32,000 nucleotides of DNA from an uncultured bacterium (GCA_963704705.1 OY969931.1:270001-302000), one strand, 5' to 3'. Positions 8,655 to 17,461 are shown, numbered from the stretch's first letter. Translations and numbers: made by a program. The notes: generated by a model from the sequence alone, not told the origin.

Positions 8655-9416
8655 ATGGAAAATGTAGTCAACATGCTTCAACATTTTGGTCTTAATGACA
8701 AAGAGGCCAATACTTATTTGGCGAATCTTGAGCTTGGACCAACAAGTATTCAAAAGCTTGCAAAGTGCGCCAGGCTTAATCGTTCAACAGTGCATTTTAT
8801 TGCTGACCGACTTAAAAAGAAAGGATTGATGGGTGAAACACGCAAAGGAAAGAAGCGACTTCTTTTTGCTGAAAATCCAAAAAAATTCATGGAACTTTTA
8901 ATACAGGAAAAATCCAGCATAAAATCAAAAGAGGACACACTTATTGATTTAATGCCTATTCTTGAACAGATTGAATCAACCGACGATAAAAAACCCCAGG
9001 TGCGTTTTTATGAAGGTATGCAGGGTTTTTACGATATTTGTCTTAAATCAATCGAGAAGGCTCAGGACGAAATATTATTTTTATCTTCTTATGATGACTT
9101 TATTAATGTTGATCATCATAATGAGTTTGATGCTAAAGTGTACGTTCCTTCGCGAATTAAAAAGGGAATTATAATAAGAATGCTGGTTTTTAAAAATGAA
9201 TGGGCTGAAAAACTGCGCTCAATTGAATACAAAGAATTGCGGAAATTACGTTATCTTCCAAAGAATTTTAAGTTTAAAAGCACAATTTTTATTTATGGAG
9301 ATGAGTTCTCAATGGTCTCTTCAAAAGCTCCTTATTTAGGAGTTGTGATTAATAGTAAAGAGCTTGCACATACAATGAAACAAATTTATGAGATGTTGTG
9401 GGCTGTTAGTAAATGA
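8655..9416 (+). CDS. TrmB-family transcriptional regulator
   Basis: N-terminal wHTH FGLNDKEANTYLANLELGPTSIQKLAKCARLNRSTVHFIADRLKKKGLMGETRKGKKRLLFAENPKKF, followed by a PLD-like effector region (VRFYEGMQGFYDI...FLSSYDDF). Confidence 0.8.
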   Translation: MENVVNMLQHFGLNDKEANTYLANLELGPTSIQKLAKCARLNRSTVHFIADRLKKKGLMGETRKGKKRLLFAENPKKFMELLIQEKSSIKSKEDTLIDLMPILEQIESTDDKKPQVRFYEGMQGFYDICLKSIEKAQDEILFLSSYDDFINVDHHNEFDAKVYVPSRIKKGIIIRMLVFKNEWAEKLRSIEYKELRKLRYLPKNFKFKSTIFIYGDEFSMVSSKAPYLGVVINSKELAHTMKQIYEMLWAVSK

Positions 9417-9593
9417 TATTTTAATCTTAAGTCAAGGTTAAAAGAATTAATGAAAGTTTTAAAAATTTAGTAATTTTATTGTTGCTGGTTGTTGTTTTTT
9501 GGCACAAACAAGCCATTGATAGGATTTTTTTTAAAAAAATTCAAAAAATATCAAAATATTTAAAAAATATACATAAATTACGTCAACCAAATA

Positions 9594-9625
9594 GGCTATT
9601 TTACCTTAGGATAGCCCGATATAAT
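9594..9625 (+). promoter_or_regulatory. Putative promoter/operator: inverted repeat and TATAAT upstream of the M23 peptidase gene
   Basis: GGCTAT (9594-9599) / ATAGCC (9611-9616) inverted repeat, TATAAT at 9620-9625. Confidence 0.35.
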
Positions 9626-9711
9626 ATATAGAGGTGATATTTAGAAATTTAAGGACAACTTTGTCTTGACACCCAATTGCAATTAGACTTAAACTCTGCT
9701 ACCGTTGGAAA

Positions 9712-10992
9712 TTGGATGTCGGAAATATAAGGCGCTGTCTGCCGCATCGGAAAAGAAGCTCTAAGAATAAACGAATCAAACGAAGAACTACTTTATATCC
9801 GGTGTTAATACAAGGAAACATCCCGATAAATATCTACTCAGAAAAACTACAGGTTAACAGACTTGCCCGCAAAGCAAGACATCATAAAAACTTTTCAAAA
9901 GTTAATTCAATAGCCCTTAAGCTATCCCGTGTTGTTAACCTTCCGAAGTTTAAGACTAATAAACTCCAAAATAGGGTAGTTTCAGACACTCAGATTATTA
10001 AACGTGCCCTTGCTTTTGTAGGTTTATTTGTTGCTGTTACATCTTTTACACCTAATATAGCGTTCTCTGATTCTGAATTCACTTACGACCAGATGGCTTC
10101 AGGACCAATGATCGCTTCTTCTAATAATATTATTGCTGATGATGCCGGATTTATGATTCCGGTTAATCCTCAAACAAACGAAGCTGACAGAAGTGAAATG
10201 TCAGATAAAGCAACTCACACTGTTCAAAGCGGTGAAACTTTATCTACAATTGCTGAAACATACGGTTTGAAAACACAGACATTAATGTGGGAAAATAATA
10301 TGGGAACTGGAAGTATATTAAAGGTGGGTCAGGAATTGGTTGTTCCACCTGTTGATGGAGTTAGCCATACTGTTAAGAGTGGACAATCACTTGCAAAGAT
10401 CGCAACTTTATACGATGTGCCGGAAGAAGATATTATAAGACAAAACAATTTAGAATCTGAAACCATAGCTGCAGGAGAAAGTTTATTTATACCTGGCGGA
10501 AAATTAATTGCGCCTGTTGCTCCTGTTATAGTTGATGCAGCTGGAAGAAGCACAACAGCTGTTCGTACAACATCAGCTACACGTGTTAATTTAGAAGATA
10601 CCAGTGCAACTCCTACAGTTGGAAAATTCCTTATATTTCCAACTCGCGGAACAATTACTCAGGGTTATTATTCTTGGCATCGTGCTATTGATATCGCTGA
10701 CCGTTCTAAACCGCCAATATGGGCAGCAGCTGCTGGTACAGTAGTTAAAGCTTCTTCAGGTACATGGGGAGGCGGATATGGTAATCATGTAATTATCGAT
10801 CACGGCAACGGAATCCAGACACTTTATGCTCATATGGATTACTTAACAGTAACTGAAGGACAATACGTTACTCAGGGTGAGGTAATCGGACGAATGGGTA
10901 ATACAGGAAGAGTATATGGTGTTACAGGAATCCACTTACACTTTGAAGTTCGTGATCACGGTGTAAAGGAATATCCACCAAACTACTACTAG
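9712..10992 (+). CDS. LysM-domain M23-family metallopeptidase (cell-wall endopeptidase-like)
   Basis: Two LysM repeats (THTVQSGETLSTIAETYGLKTQTLMWENNM; SHTVKSGQSLAKIATLYDVPEEDIIRQNNL) and an M23 domain (WHRAIDIADRSKPPIWAAAAGTVVKASSG...GNHVIIDHGNGIQTLYAHMD...GIHLHFEVRDHG). The start codon is uncertain because the frame is open upstream. Confidence 0.9.
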   Translation: MDVGNIRRCLPHRKRSSKNKRIKRRTTLYPVLIQGNIPINIYSEKLQVNRLARKARHHKNFSKVNSIALKLSRVVNLPKFKTNKLQNRVVSDTQIIKRALAFVGLFVAVTSFTPNIAFSDSEFTYDQMASGPMIASSNNIIADDAGFMIPVNPQTNEADRSEMSDKATHTVQSGETLSTIAETYGLKTQTLMWENNMGTGSILKVGQELVVPPVDGVSHTVKSGQSLAKIATLYDVPEEDIIRQNNLESETIAAGESLFIPGGKLIAPVAPVIVDAAGRSTTAVRTTSATRVNLEDTSATPTVGKFLIFPTRGTITQGYYSWHRAIDIADRSKPPIWAAAAGTVVKASSGTWGGGYGNHVIIDHGNGIQTLYAHMDYLTVTEGQYVTQGEVIGRMGNTGRVYGVTGIHLHFEVRDHGVKEYPPNYY

Positions 10993-11070
10993 AGCAGAAC
11001 GAAGCGGAATTTAATTCTTTACATACCCCTTTCTTTCCTCTAAACTTATTTAGGTCTTTAAAGGTGCATT

Positions 11071-11352
11071 TTGAAAACGATCAAAAAAATATTATTAGGA
11101 ATTCTGCATTTTCCACGTTTTATCGTGTGCATTCTGATAAAAATTTGGCAGCACACTTTATCGTTTGATCACGGGCCTTTAAAAAGATTCTTCCCATATG
11201 GATACTGCAGGTTTAAGCCAACTTGCTCACAGTATACTTACGAGGCAGTAAAAGATTATGGAGTTATTAGAGGCGTGCCAATGGGTCTCTGGAGGATAAT
11301 GAGATGTAATCCGTGCAGTAAGGGAGGATATGATCCGGTTCATAAAAACTAA
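11071..11352 (+). CDS. yidD: Membrane protein insertion efficiency factor YidD
   Basis: TTG start preceded by AAAGGTG; [43 protein letters not shown] signature. Confidence 0.9.
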   Translation: MKTIKKILLGILHFPRFIVCILIKIWQHTLSFDHGPLKRFFPYGYCRFKPTCSQYTYEAVKDYGVIRGVPMGLWRIMRCNPCSKGGYDPVHKN

Positions 11353-11366
11353 TTAATTTACGCGCT

Positions 11367-12929
11367 ATGCCCCAACCACTTGAAACACATTACCCGGTTA
11401 GACGCGCACTCATAAGCGTGTCGGATAAATCGAATTTAGTGCCTTTTGCTCAAAGGCTTCAAAAGTTAAAAATAGAGATTTTGTCGACTGGCGGAACTGC
11501 AAAAGCTCTTAAGAAAGCCGGCATTAAAGTTTTGGATGTATCGAAATATACAAATTTTCCTGAGATGATGGATGGCAGAGTTAAAACTTTACATCCTAAG
11601 ATTTACGGCGGAATCCTTGCTGTTCGCGATAATGAAGAACATATGGATGATGTTGTTGCCAATAAAATGAAACTGATTGATTTGGTCGTTGTTAATTTAT
11701 ATCCATTTGAAGAAACAGCAGCAAAAGAACATTCCACTCAGGACGAAATAATTGAAAACATTGATATTGGCGGGCCTAGTATGGTGCGGGCTGCAGCAAA
11801 AAATTATAAATATGTAACCATTATTACGGATCCTAAAGATTATACAAAAGTTGCCAAACAGCTTGAAGAAAATGGCGAAGTTTCATATAAAATGCGCGAA
11901 AAACTGGCATTTAAAGCTTTTGACCATACTTGCAGATACGATGAGGCAATCTCTAATTATTTCAGAAAAATTACAGGTGGCAAAGAACTACTTAATCTTC
12001 ATTATGAAAAACAATACAAATTAAGATATGGCGAAAATCCTCATCAAAAAGCGGTTTTCTTTAAAAATCCGAAAAATAAACAACCTAATGTAACAAACGC
12101 AAAACAACTTCAGGGTAAAGAACTTTCTTATAATAATATTATTGATACTGATGCGGCACTGGAGCTGGTAAAGGATTTTCAGGGTCCAACAGCTTGTATA
12201 GTTAAGCACACCAATCCTTGCGGTGTAGCGATAAATCATAAAATCGAAAACGCTTTTATTAAAGCCCATAAAGTTGATCCAATGTCTGCTTATGGTTGTG
12301 TGATTGCGCTCAATCGTGAATGTAACGAAAAAATTGCCGAGTACATTGATAAAGAAAAAATGTTTGTTGAGATTATTGCTGCACCGTCATTTACAAAGGG
12401 TGCAATTAAAAAGTTCGCGAAACGAAAAAATCTTAGACTTTTAGAAACAGGTCCGCTTAAGCGCGATCCACGAAAAATCGATATAAAAAAAGTTGCGGGA
12501 GGTATCTTAATTCAGCATGCAGATACCAAAAAAGTGACTTCAAAAGATCTTAAAGTTGTAAGTAAAAAGAAGCCCACAAAACAGCAGATTATGGATATGC
12601 TTCTTGCAAGAAATATTGTTAAGCATGTTAAGTCCAATTCAGTTGTATTTGTAAAAGATGGTGTAACAACAGGTATCGGCGCAGGCCAGATGTCGCGTGT
12701 TGATGCTGTGAATATGGCTTCATTTAAAGGCGGAGAGCGCAACAAAGGCGCTGTTATGGCCAGTGATGCATTCTTTCCTTTTCCTGATGGTGTTGAGCAG
12801 GCGCACGAAGCCGGAATAGTTGCGATTATTCAGCCAGGCGGCTCAATAAGAGATAAAGAGGTAATAAAGCGTGTTGATGAACTTGGTATGAGTATGGTAT
12901 TTACAGGTATTCGTTCGTTCAAACATTAA
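11367..12929 (+). CDS. purH: Bifunctional AICAR transformylase / IMP cyclohydrolase PurH
   Basis: RRALISVSDKSNLVPFAQRL, ILSTGGTAKAL, DGRVKTLHPKIYGGILAVRD, IDIGGPSMVRAAAKN, LRYGENPHQKAVF, CIVKHTNPCG, IIQPGGSIRDKEVI, MVFTGIRSFKH. Confidence 0.97.
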   Translation: MPQPLETHYPVRRALISVSDKSNLVPFAQRLQKLKIEILSTGGTAKALKKAGIKVLDVSKYTNFPEMMDGRVKTLHPKIYGGILAVRDNEEHMDDVVANKMKLIDLVVVNLYPFEETAAKEHSTQDEIIENIDIGGPSMVRAAAKNYKYVTIITDPKDYTKVAKQLEENGEVSYKMREKLAFKAFDHTCRYDEAISNYFRKITGGKELLNLHYEKQYKLRYGENPHQKAVFFKNPKNKQPNVTNAKQLQGKELSYNNIIDTDAALELVKDFQGPTACIVKHTNPCGVAINHKIENAFIKAHKVDPMSAYGCVIALNRECNEKIAEYIDKEKMFVEIIAAPSFTKGAIKKFAKRKNLRLLETGPLKRDPRKIDIKKVAGGILIQHADTKKVTSKDLKVVSKKKPTKQQIMDMLLARNIVKHVKSNSVVFVKDGVTTGIGAGQMSRVDAVNMASFKGGERNKGAVMASDAFFPFPDGVEQAHEAGIVAIIQPGGSIRDKEVIKRVDELGMSMVFTGIRSFKH

Positions 12930-12932
12930 GAT

Positions 12933-13751
12933 ATGAATTTTTTAGACGCACTAATTTTAGGCATTTTACAGGGTATAACCGAATTTTTACCAATTTCATC
13001 AAGTGGCCATTTGGTTTTGGGAGAATCATTGCTCGGGCTTGATGTTGAGGCATTGAAAAGCTTTGATGTTGCAGTTCATATTGGTACTTTGGCTGCAATT
13101 ATTATTTATTTTTGGAAGGATTTTGTTGGCTTGATTATGGGATTTTTGAGCTTATTGCGCATCGTGAAGAGAAAGAAAAAATATGAAGAATATCAAAAAT
13201 TGGTCGGATATATTGTTATTGGAACTGTGCCTGCTGTGATTGTTGGCTTGTTATTTGGAGATGCTATTGATTATTTGTTTAGAAATCCACTTTATGTAGG
13301 GCTTTTTATGATTATGGTTGCTGAGGTATTTATTATTGCCGAAGGTGTTTTGAAAAAATATAAAGAAGAAGTTCATGTTGGTTTAAAACAGGCGATAATT
13401 ATTGGTGTTGTTCAGTCATTTGCTTTGATTCCGGGAGTTTCGCGTAGTGGTTCAACAATTGCTGCTGGTATTTTTCAAGGTGTTCCGCGTGAGAAAGCAG
13501 CTCGATTTAGCTTTTTACTTGCGATGCCCGCTATTTTCGGAGCAGGGCTTTTGACTTTAATTAAAGATTTGCATGGAGGCAGCTTTACTGTTGAAGCCAT
13601 GCCAATGTTGGTTGGTTTTATTGCCTCTGTTGCAAGCGGCTTTGTAGCAGTTTATTTTCTTATGAAGTTCCTTAAGAATCACACACTCAAAGTGTTCTCT
13701 GTTTATTTGTTTGCAATTGGATTGATTTCGGTTATAATCTCGATCCTGTAA
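12933..13751 (+). CDS. uppP: Undecaprenyl-diphosphatase (UppP/BacA)
   Basis: ILGILQGITEFLPISSSGHLVLGE; FALIPGVSRSGSTIAAGIFQGVPREKAARFSFLLAMPAIFGAG. Confidence 0.95.
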   Translation: MNFLDALILGILQGITEFLPISSSGHLVLGESLLGLDVEALKSFDVAVHIGTLAAIIIYFWKDFVGLIMGFLSLLRIVKRKKKYEEYQKLVGYIVIGTVPAVIVGLLFGDAIDYLFRNPLYVGLFMIMVAEVFIIAEGVLKKYKEEVHVGLKQAIIIGVVQSFALIPGVSRSGSTIAAGIFQGVPREKAARFSFLLAMPAIFGAGLLTLIKDLHGGSFTVEAMPMLVGFIASVASGFVAVYFLMKFLKNHTLKVFSVYLFAIGLISVIISIL

Positions 13752-13761
13752 TTGAATAGTA

Positions 13762-13953
13762 ATGCCGGAAAATAATGATAAGTCTGATTTGTTTATCAGA
13801 GCTGTTGATTATTTAAAAACAAGTCAAAAAACTTCACCAACCAGATTTCAGTTTATTAGAAAAAGGGTTGTCGAAGAGCTTAGAAGGGTTGGTTTGGGTG
13901 AATTTACTGATGAACAGGCAAAAGAAATATTAGATAAAGTTGATCAACAATAA
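13762..13953 (+). CDS. Small hypothetical protein (63 aa)
   Basis: ORF packed between uppP and the next ORF (2-nt gap). Confidence 0.5.
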   Translation: MPENNDKSDLFIRAVDYLKTSQKTSPTRFQFIRKRVVEELRRVGLGEFTDEQAKEILDKVDQQ

Positions 13954-13955
13954 TT

Positions 13956-14177
13956 ATGGAAAATCCAAGTGATAAACCGGAAAGACCAAAAGATTACTAC
14001 CCGAAATTTCATCATTTTAGAAATATTAAAAAAATTGATCCGGTTAGATATTCTCAGGCCTTAACTTGGACTGAAAAAATGATTCAAGACCCGGAACATC
14101 CCGACAGATTGAGGCTTTTTCCGGATTGGACAGAAGATGATCTGAGAAGTTTGCTAAAAGAAGTTTTAGCTGATTAA
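13956..14177 (+). CDS. Small hypothetical protein (73 aa)
   Basis: Packed ORF, many Asp/Pro/Lys residues, directly upstream of the rpsF leader. Confidence 0.5.
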   Translation: MENPSDKPERPKDYYPKFHHFRNIKKIDPVRYSQALTWTEKMIQDPEHPDRLRLFPDWTEDDLRSLLKEVLAD

Positions 14178-14194
14178 AAAACATTTGTATTTAA

Positions 14195-14255
14195 CGGGAT
14201 TATCTGATAATCTCGTAAAGCTTTCGCTCTTGCTGAAAAATGCCAAGAGCTTTAC
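14195..14255 (+). promoter_or_regulatory. Candidate structured rpsF leader (two adjacent hairpins)
   Basis: CGGGATTAT(14195-14203)/ATAATCTCG(14207-14215), then GTAAAG[CTTTCG]CTCTTG(14215-14232)/CAAGAGCTTTAC(14244-14255) with a one-sided 6-nt bulge; CDS starts at 14270. Confidence 0.45.
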
Positions 14256-14269
14256 TAACCCAATGAAGC

Positions 14270-14893
14270 ATGAATCCAACAAAAGAAACGGAAGCTCCCG
14301 AAAAAGCTGAGGAGCTTACTAAGTATGAGCTTATGATCATTTTCAAACCTGACATGTCTCAGGAAGAAACAGATAAAGAGCTCAATAAAGTAAAAAAATT
14401 ATTAAAAGATCACAAAGCCGACATATTCCATCAGGATATTTGGGATATTAGAGATCTTGCCTATGTTATTAAGAAAAATGACAAAGGTTACTATGTGATT
14501 TTGTATTTTACAATTGAAGGAATAAATCTCCCTGAAATTGAAAAAGAACTTTTAATTAATTCGAAAATTTTAAGACATTTGGTTGTAAAAAGTCCAAAAA
14601 ATTACGAGTTAAAAAAACTTGAAGAATTAATGGCTCCTTCAACTGAAAGAAGAGGAAAACCAAAAGAGGAAACTCCAAAAAGAGCTCCTCGAAAAGTTGA
14701 AAAGAAAGAAGAAACTAAAGTAGCTGAAAAAAGTGAGCCAAAAGCCAAAGAACCTGAAGTTGAAGAAGAAAAACCTGTTGAAAAACCTGTTGAAAAACCA
14801 GCAGAAAAACCTGCACCAAAAATGGACATCAGCGATCTTGATTCAAAACTTGAAAGCATCCTTGATGATCCTGATATTGATATTAAACTTTAA
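14270..14893 (+). CDS. rpsF: Ribosomal protein bS6 with long Lys/Glu/Pro-rich C-terminal extension
   Basis: YELMIIFKPDMSQEETDKELNKVKKLLKDHKADIFHQDIWDIRDLAYVIKKNDKGYYVILYF; location immediately upstream of rpsR. Confidence 0.9.
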   Translation: MNPTKETEAPEKAEELTKYELMIIFKPDMSQEETDKELNKVKKLLKDHKADIFHQDIWDIRDLAYVIKKNDKGYYVILYFTIEGINLPEIEKELLINSKILRHLVVKSPKNYELKKLEELMAPSTERRGKPKEETPKRAPRKVEKKEETKVAEKSEPKAKEPEVEEEKPVEKPVEKPAEKPAPKMDISDLDSKLESILDDPDIDIKL

Positions 14894-14907
14894 CTTATAA
14901 ATTAAAT

Positions 14908-15123
14908 ATGGCTAAGAATAAATATAACAAACCTTGTACTCTTTGTGTCGACGGAGCTAATTATGTTGATTATAAAAATTTAAAAGCTCTAAGACCGTAC
15001 ATTACAAAGTACGCAAAAATTGTTCCAAAATATTATTCTGGTGTATGCTTAAGACACCAAAAGATGGTTGCAACAGCAATCAAAAGAGCACGATTTATGG
15101 CTTTAACTCCTTACGTTCGCTAA
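14908..15123 (+). CDS. rpsR: Ribosomal protein bS18
   Basis: CTLCVDGANYVDYKNLKALRPYITKYAKIVPKYYSGVCLRHQKMVATAIKRARFMALTPYV. Confidence 0.95.
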   Translation: MAKNKYNKPCTLCVDGANYVDYKNLKALRPYITKYAKIVPKYYSGVCLRHQKMVATAIKRARFMALTPYVR

Positions 15124-15126
15124 ATT

Positions 15127-17460
15127 ATGGCACAAAAACTCCCATTTTCTCAAATGTCCGATGATGAAATCGAGAAATCCCTAGCTGATAATAAAATAGG
15201 GCTTACGACAGATGAAGCAAAGCAGATTGAGAAAATATTGGGACGCGCGCCAACACTTACCGAAGCAGTGATTTTTGGAATTCAATGTTCAGAACACTGC
15301 GCTTACAGATCAACAAAGAAATATTTAAAAACACTTCCAACAAATGCTCCAAATGTAATTTTGGGGCCTGTTGAAGATTCAGGAATAGTTTCATTTGCTG
15401 AAGCTGAAGGCGAAAGATGGGGACTTATAATGTCACATGAAAGTCATAATCATCCTTCTCAAATTGTGCCTTATGAAGGTGCTGCAACAGGAATCGGCGG
15501 AGTTGTACGCGATGTTTGCTGTATGGGAGGAAAAGTAATAGGAACTGTTGATCCTTTGAGATTTGGGGATATTAAAAAGAATCAGGCGCGAAGAATTGCT
15601 GATGGGGTTGTAGCGGGTGTTGGCGGATATGGAAATCCAATTGGAATTCCAAATTTAGGAGGCGATTGCTATTTTGACCCGCAATATAACGATAATTGCT
15701 TGGTAAATGTTGCTGCCTTCGGTCTTGTAAAAGAATCAGATATAATTCATTCATATGTGCCGGAAGAAGCAGCAGACGTTGGTTACGACATAATTATTGT
15801 TGGGAAACCAACTGATAACAGTGGAATGGGAGGAGCTTCTTTTGCATCATTTGAACTTAATGAGGCTGATAAAGAAGCCAACAAAGGTGCTGTTCAGGAG
15901 CCAAATCCGTTTCTTAAAAGACATTTATTGGTAAGCACTTATGATTTATTCAGAATACTTCAGGAAAATGGTGATATTGGGCGGGTTTCATTTAAAGATC
16001 ACGGAGCTGGCGGAAATGTTTGTTCAACTGTTGAGCAAGTTGCTAAACGCGGCTTTGGAGCAGAAGTTGAAATAGATAAAATTCATACCGGAATGAAAGG
16101 TTTGGATCCTTCGGTTATCGCTTGTTCTGAAACACAGGAAAGATTCGCCTGGACATGCCATCCTGACCTTACACAAATGATTTTAGACCACTATAACAAA
16201 AAGTGGGATTTGCCGAGTGTTGCTGAAAATGCCGGAGCTGTATTGGTCGGAAAAGTGCGTCATGGAAATTATAAATTAACTTACAAAGGTGATGTTGAGG
16301 TTGATGCAAAAGCCGTAGATTTAACAGAGGGAATTCAGTACGACAGAGAAGTTAAAGAACCTGAAAGAGAATTTAAAGAACCCTCAATTAAAGAAAAAAG
16401 TGATTATTCTGATGATTTACTTGAATTGTTAGAGAGCGAAAATGTGGCTTCACGCAGGCCAATTTACGAAAATTATGATAAACAGGTGAGAGGAGATACA
16501 ATTGTAGAGGCAGGTGAAGCTGATGCAGGAATTCTTGCACCTTTACTTGGCGAAGATGTAAGCGATGAGTTGAAAAAGGTTGGAGTTGCATTCAGTTGTG
16601 ATGCGAATCCAAGATACGGAAAAATTTCTCCATATTATCAGGCGTTAAATGCGGTTGTTGAATCAATGAGAAATGTTGCAGCTGTAGGTGCGGAGCCAAT
16701 CGCAATTACAGATTGTTTATGTTATGGGAATCCTGAAAAACCAGAGCAAATGTGGGAATTTGTTGAGGGTGTAAGAGGAGTTAAAGAAGGTTGCGAAGGG
16801 CTTAAACTAAAGGAGTTTCCTGATTCGCCTACCCCGGTAATTTCAGGAAATGTTTCACTTTATAATCATTCAAAAAATGGTGCGATTCCGCCTTCGGCTA
16901 TAATTTGTTGTGCAGGAAAAATTCGCGATTACAATCGTGCAGTAAAAATGCAATTTAAAAAAGCCGGAAGCAAATTATTTATGCTTGGCGAACGACATGA
17001 TGAGCTTGGCGGAAGCGAATTTTATAGATTGCGCGGAGAGTTGGGTGCAAATATTCCAAAACCAGATTTGGCCGAGGTTCAGTCACAGATTTTTGCAATG
17101 GTTGATGCAGTAGATGAAGGTTGCGTAAATTCAGCTCATGACATAAGTGAGGGTGGAGTTGCTGTTTGTCTGGCTGAAATGGCCCTTGGGGGACGCGCAG
17201 AAGGTACGCTTGGGTGCAAGGTGCGTTTAGAAGGAGACTTGGCTGGCTATGCAAAATTGTTTGGAGAAACAGGTGGATTTGTTGTTGAAGTTAGCGATGA
17301 AGCGCGATTTCGTGATATTTGCTCAAAACACGGAGTGAAAGAGATTTTTGAGATTGGTGAGGTTATTGAAGATTCTTTAATTGAGATTGAAGGATTGGCC
17401 AGAGTTACAATTGAAGATGCTCGAGGCCGATGGTGGAATGGATTACGGGAGAAAATGTAG
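15127..17460 (+). CDS. purL: Phosphoribosylformylglycinamidine synthase subunit PurL
   Basis: LTEAVIFGIQCSEHCAYRSTKKYLK, VVRDVCCMGGKVIGTVDPLRFG, FKDHGAGG, ITDCLCYGNPEKPEQMWEF, TPVISGNVSLYN, SAHDISEGGVAVCLAEMALGG. Confidence 0.97.
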   Translation: MAQKLPFSQMSDDEIEKSLADNKIGLTTDEAKQIEKILGRAPTLTEAVIFGIQCSEHCAYRSTKKYLKTLPTNAPNVILGPVEDSGIVSFAEAEGERWGLIMSHESHNHPSQIVPYEGAATGIGGVVRDVCCMGGKVIGTVDPLRFGDIKKNQARRIADGVVAGVGGYGNPIGIPNLGGDCYFDPQYNDNCLVNVAAFGLVKESDIIHSYVPEEAADVGYDIIIVGKPTDNSGMGGASFASFELNEADKEANKGAVQEPNPFLKRHLLVSTYDLFRILQENGDIGRVSFKDHGAGGNVCSTVEQVAKRGFGAEVEIDKIHTGMKGLDPSVIACSETQERFAWTCHPDLTQMILDHYNKKWDLPSVAENAGAVLVGKVRHGNYKLTYKGDVEVDAKAVDLTEGIQYDREVKEPEREFKEPSIKEKSDYSDDLLELLESENVASRRPIYENYDKQVRGDTIVEAGEADAGILAPLLGEDVSDELKKVGVAFSCDANPRYGKISPYYQALNAVVESMRNVAAVGAEPIAITDCLCYGNPEKPEQMWEFVEGVRGVKEGCEGLKLKEFPDSPTPVISGNVSLYNHSKNGAIPPSAIICCAGKIRDYNRAVKMQFKKAGSKLFMLGERHDELGGSEFYRLRGELGANIPKPDLAEVQSQIFAMVDAVDEGCVNSAHDISEGGVAVCLAEMALGGRAEGTLGCKVRLEGDLAGYAKLFGETGGFVVEVSDEARFRDICSKHGVKEIFEIGEVIEDSLIEIEGLARVTIEDARGRWWNGLREKM

Positions 17461-17461
17461 G

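Noticed and set aside
9521-9545. Poly-T/poly-A stretch near 9526-9540 as a bidirectional terminator
   Set aside because: The stem is only T/A homopolymer with no GC and lies in generally A/T-rich spacer; not convincing.
14602-14859. 85-aa minus-strand ORF full of Ser/Phe/Gly (STGFSTGFSS)
   Set aside because: Antisense of the Lys/Glu/Pro repeat tail of rpsF; composition artefact.
16979-17254. 91-aa minus-strand ORF and other antisense ORFs within purL (15572, 16388, 17247)
   Set aside because: Shadows of a highly conserved gene; translations look random.
17381-17461. Provided ORF start for the HNH gene at 17381
   Set aside because: It would overlap the end of purL by 80 nt; GTG at 17462 directly after the purL stop fits better.
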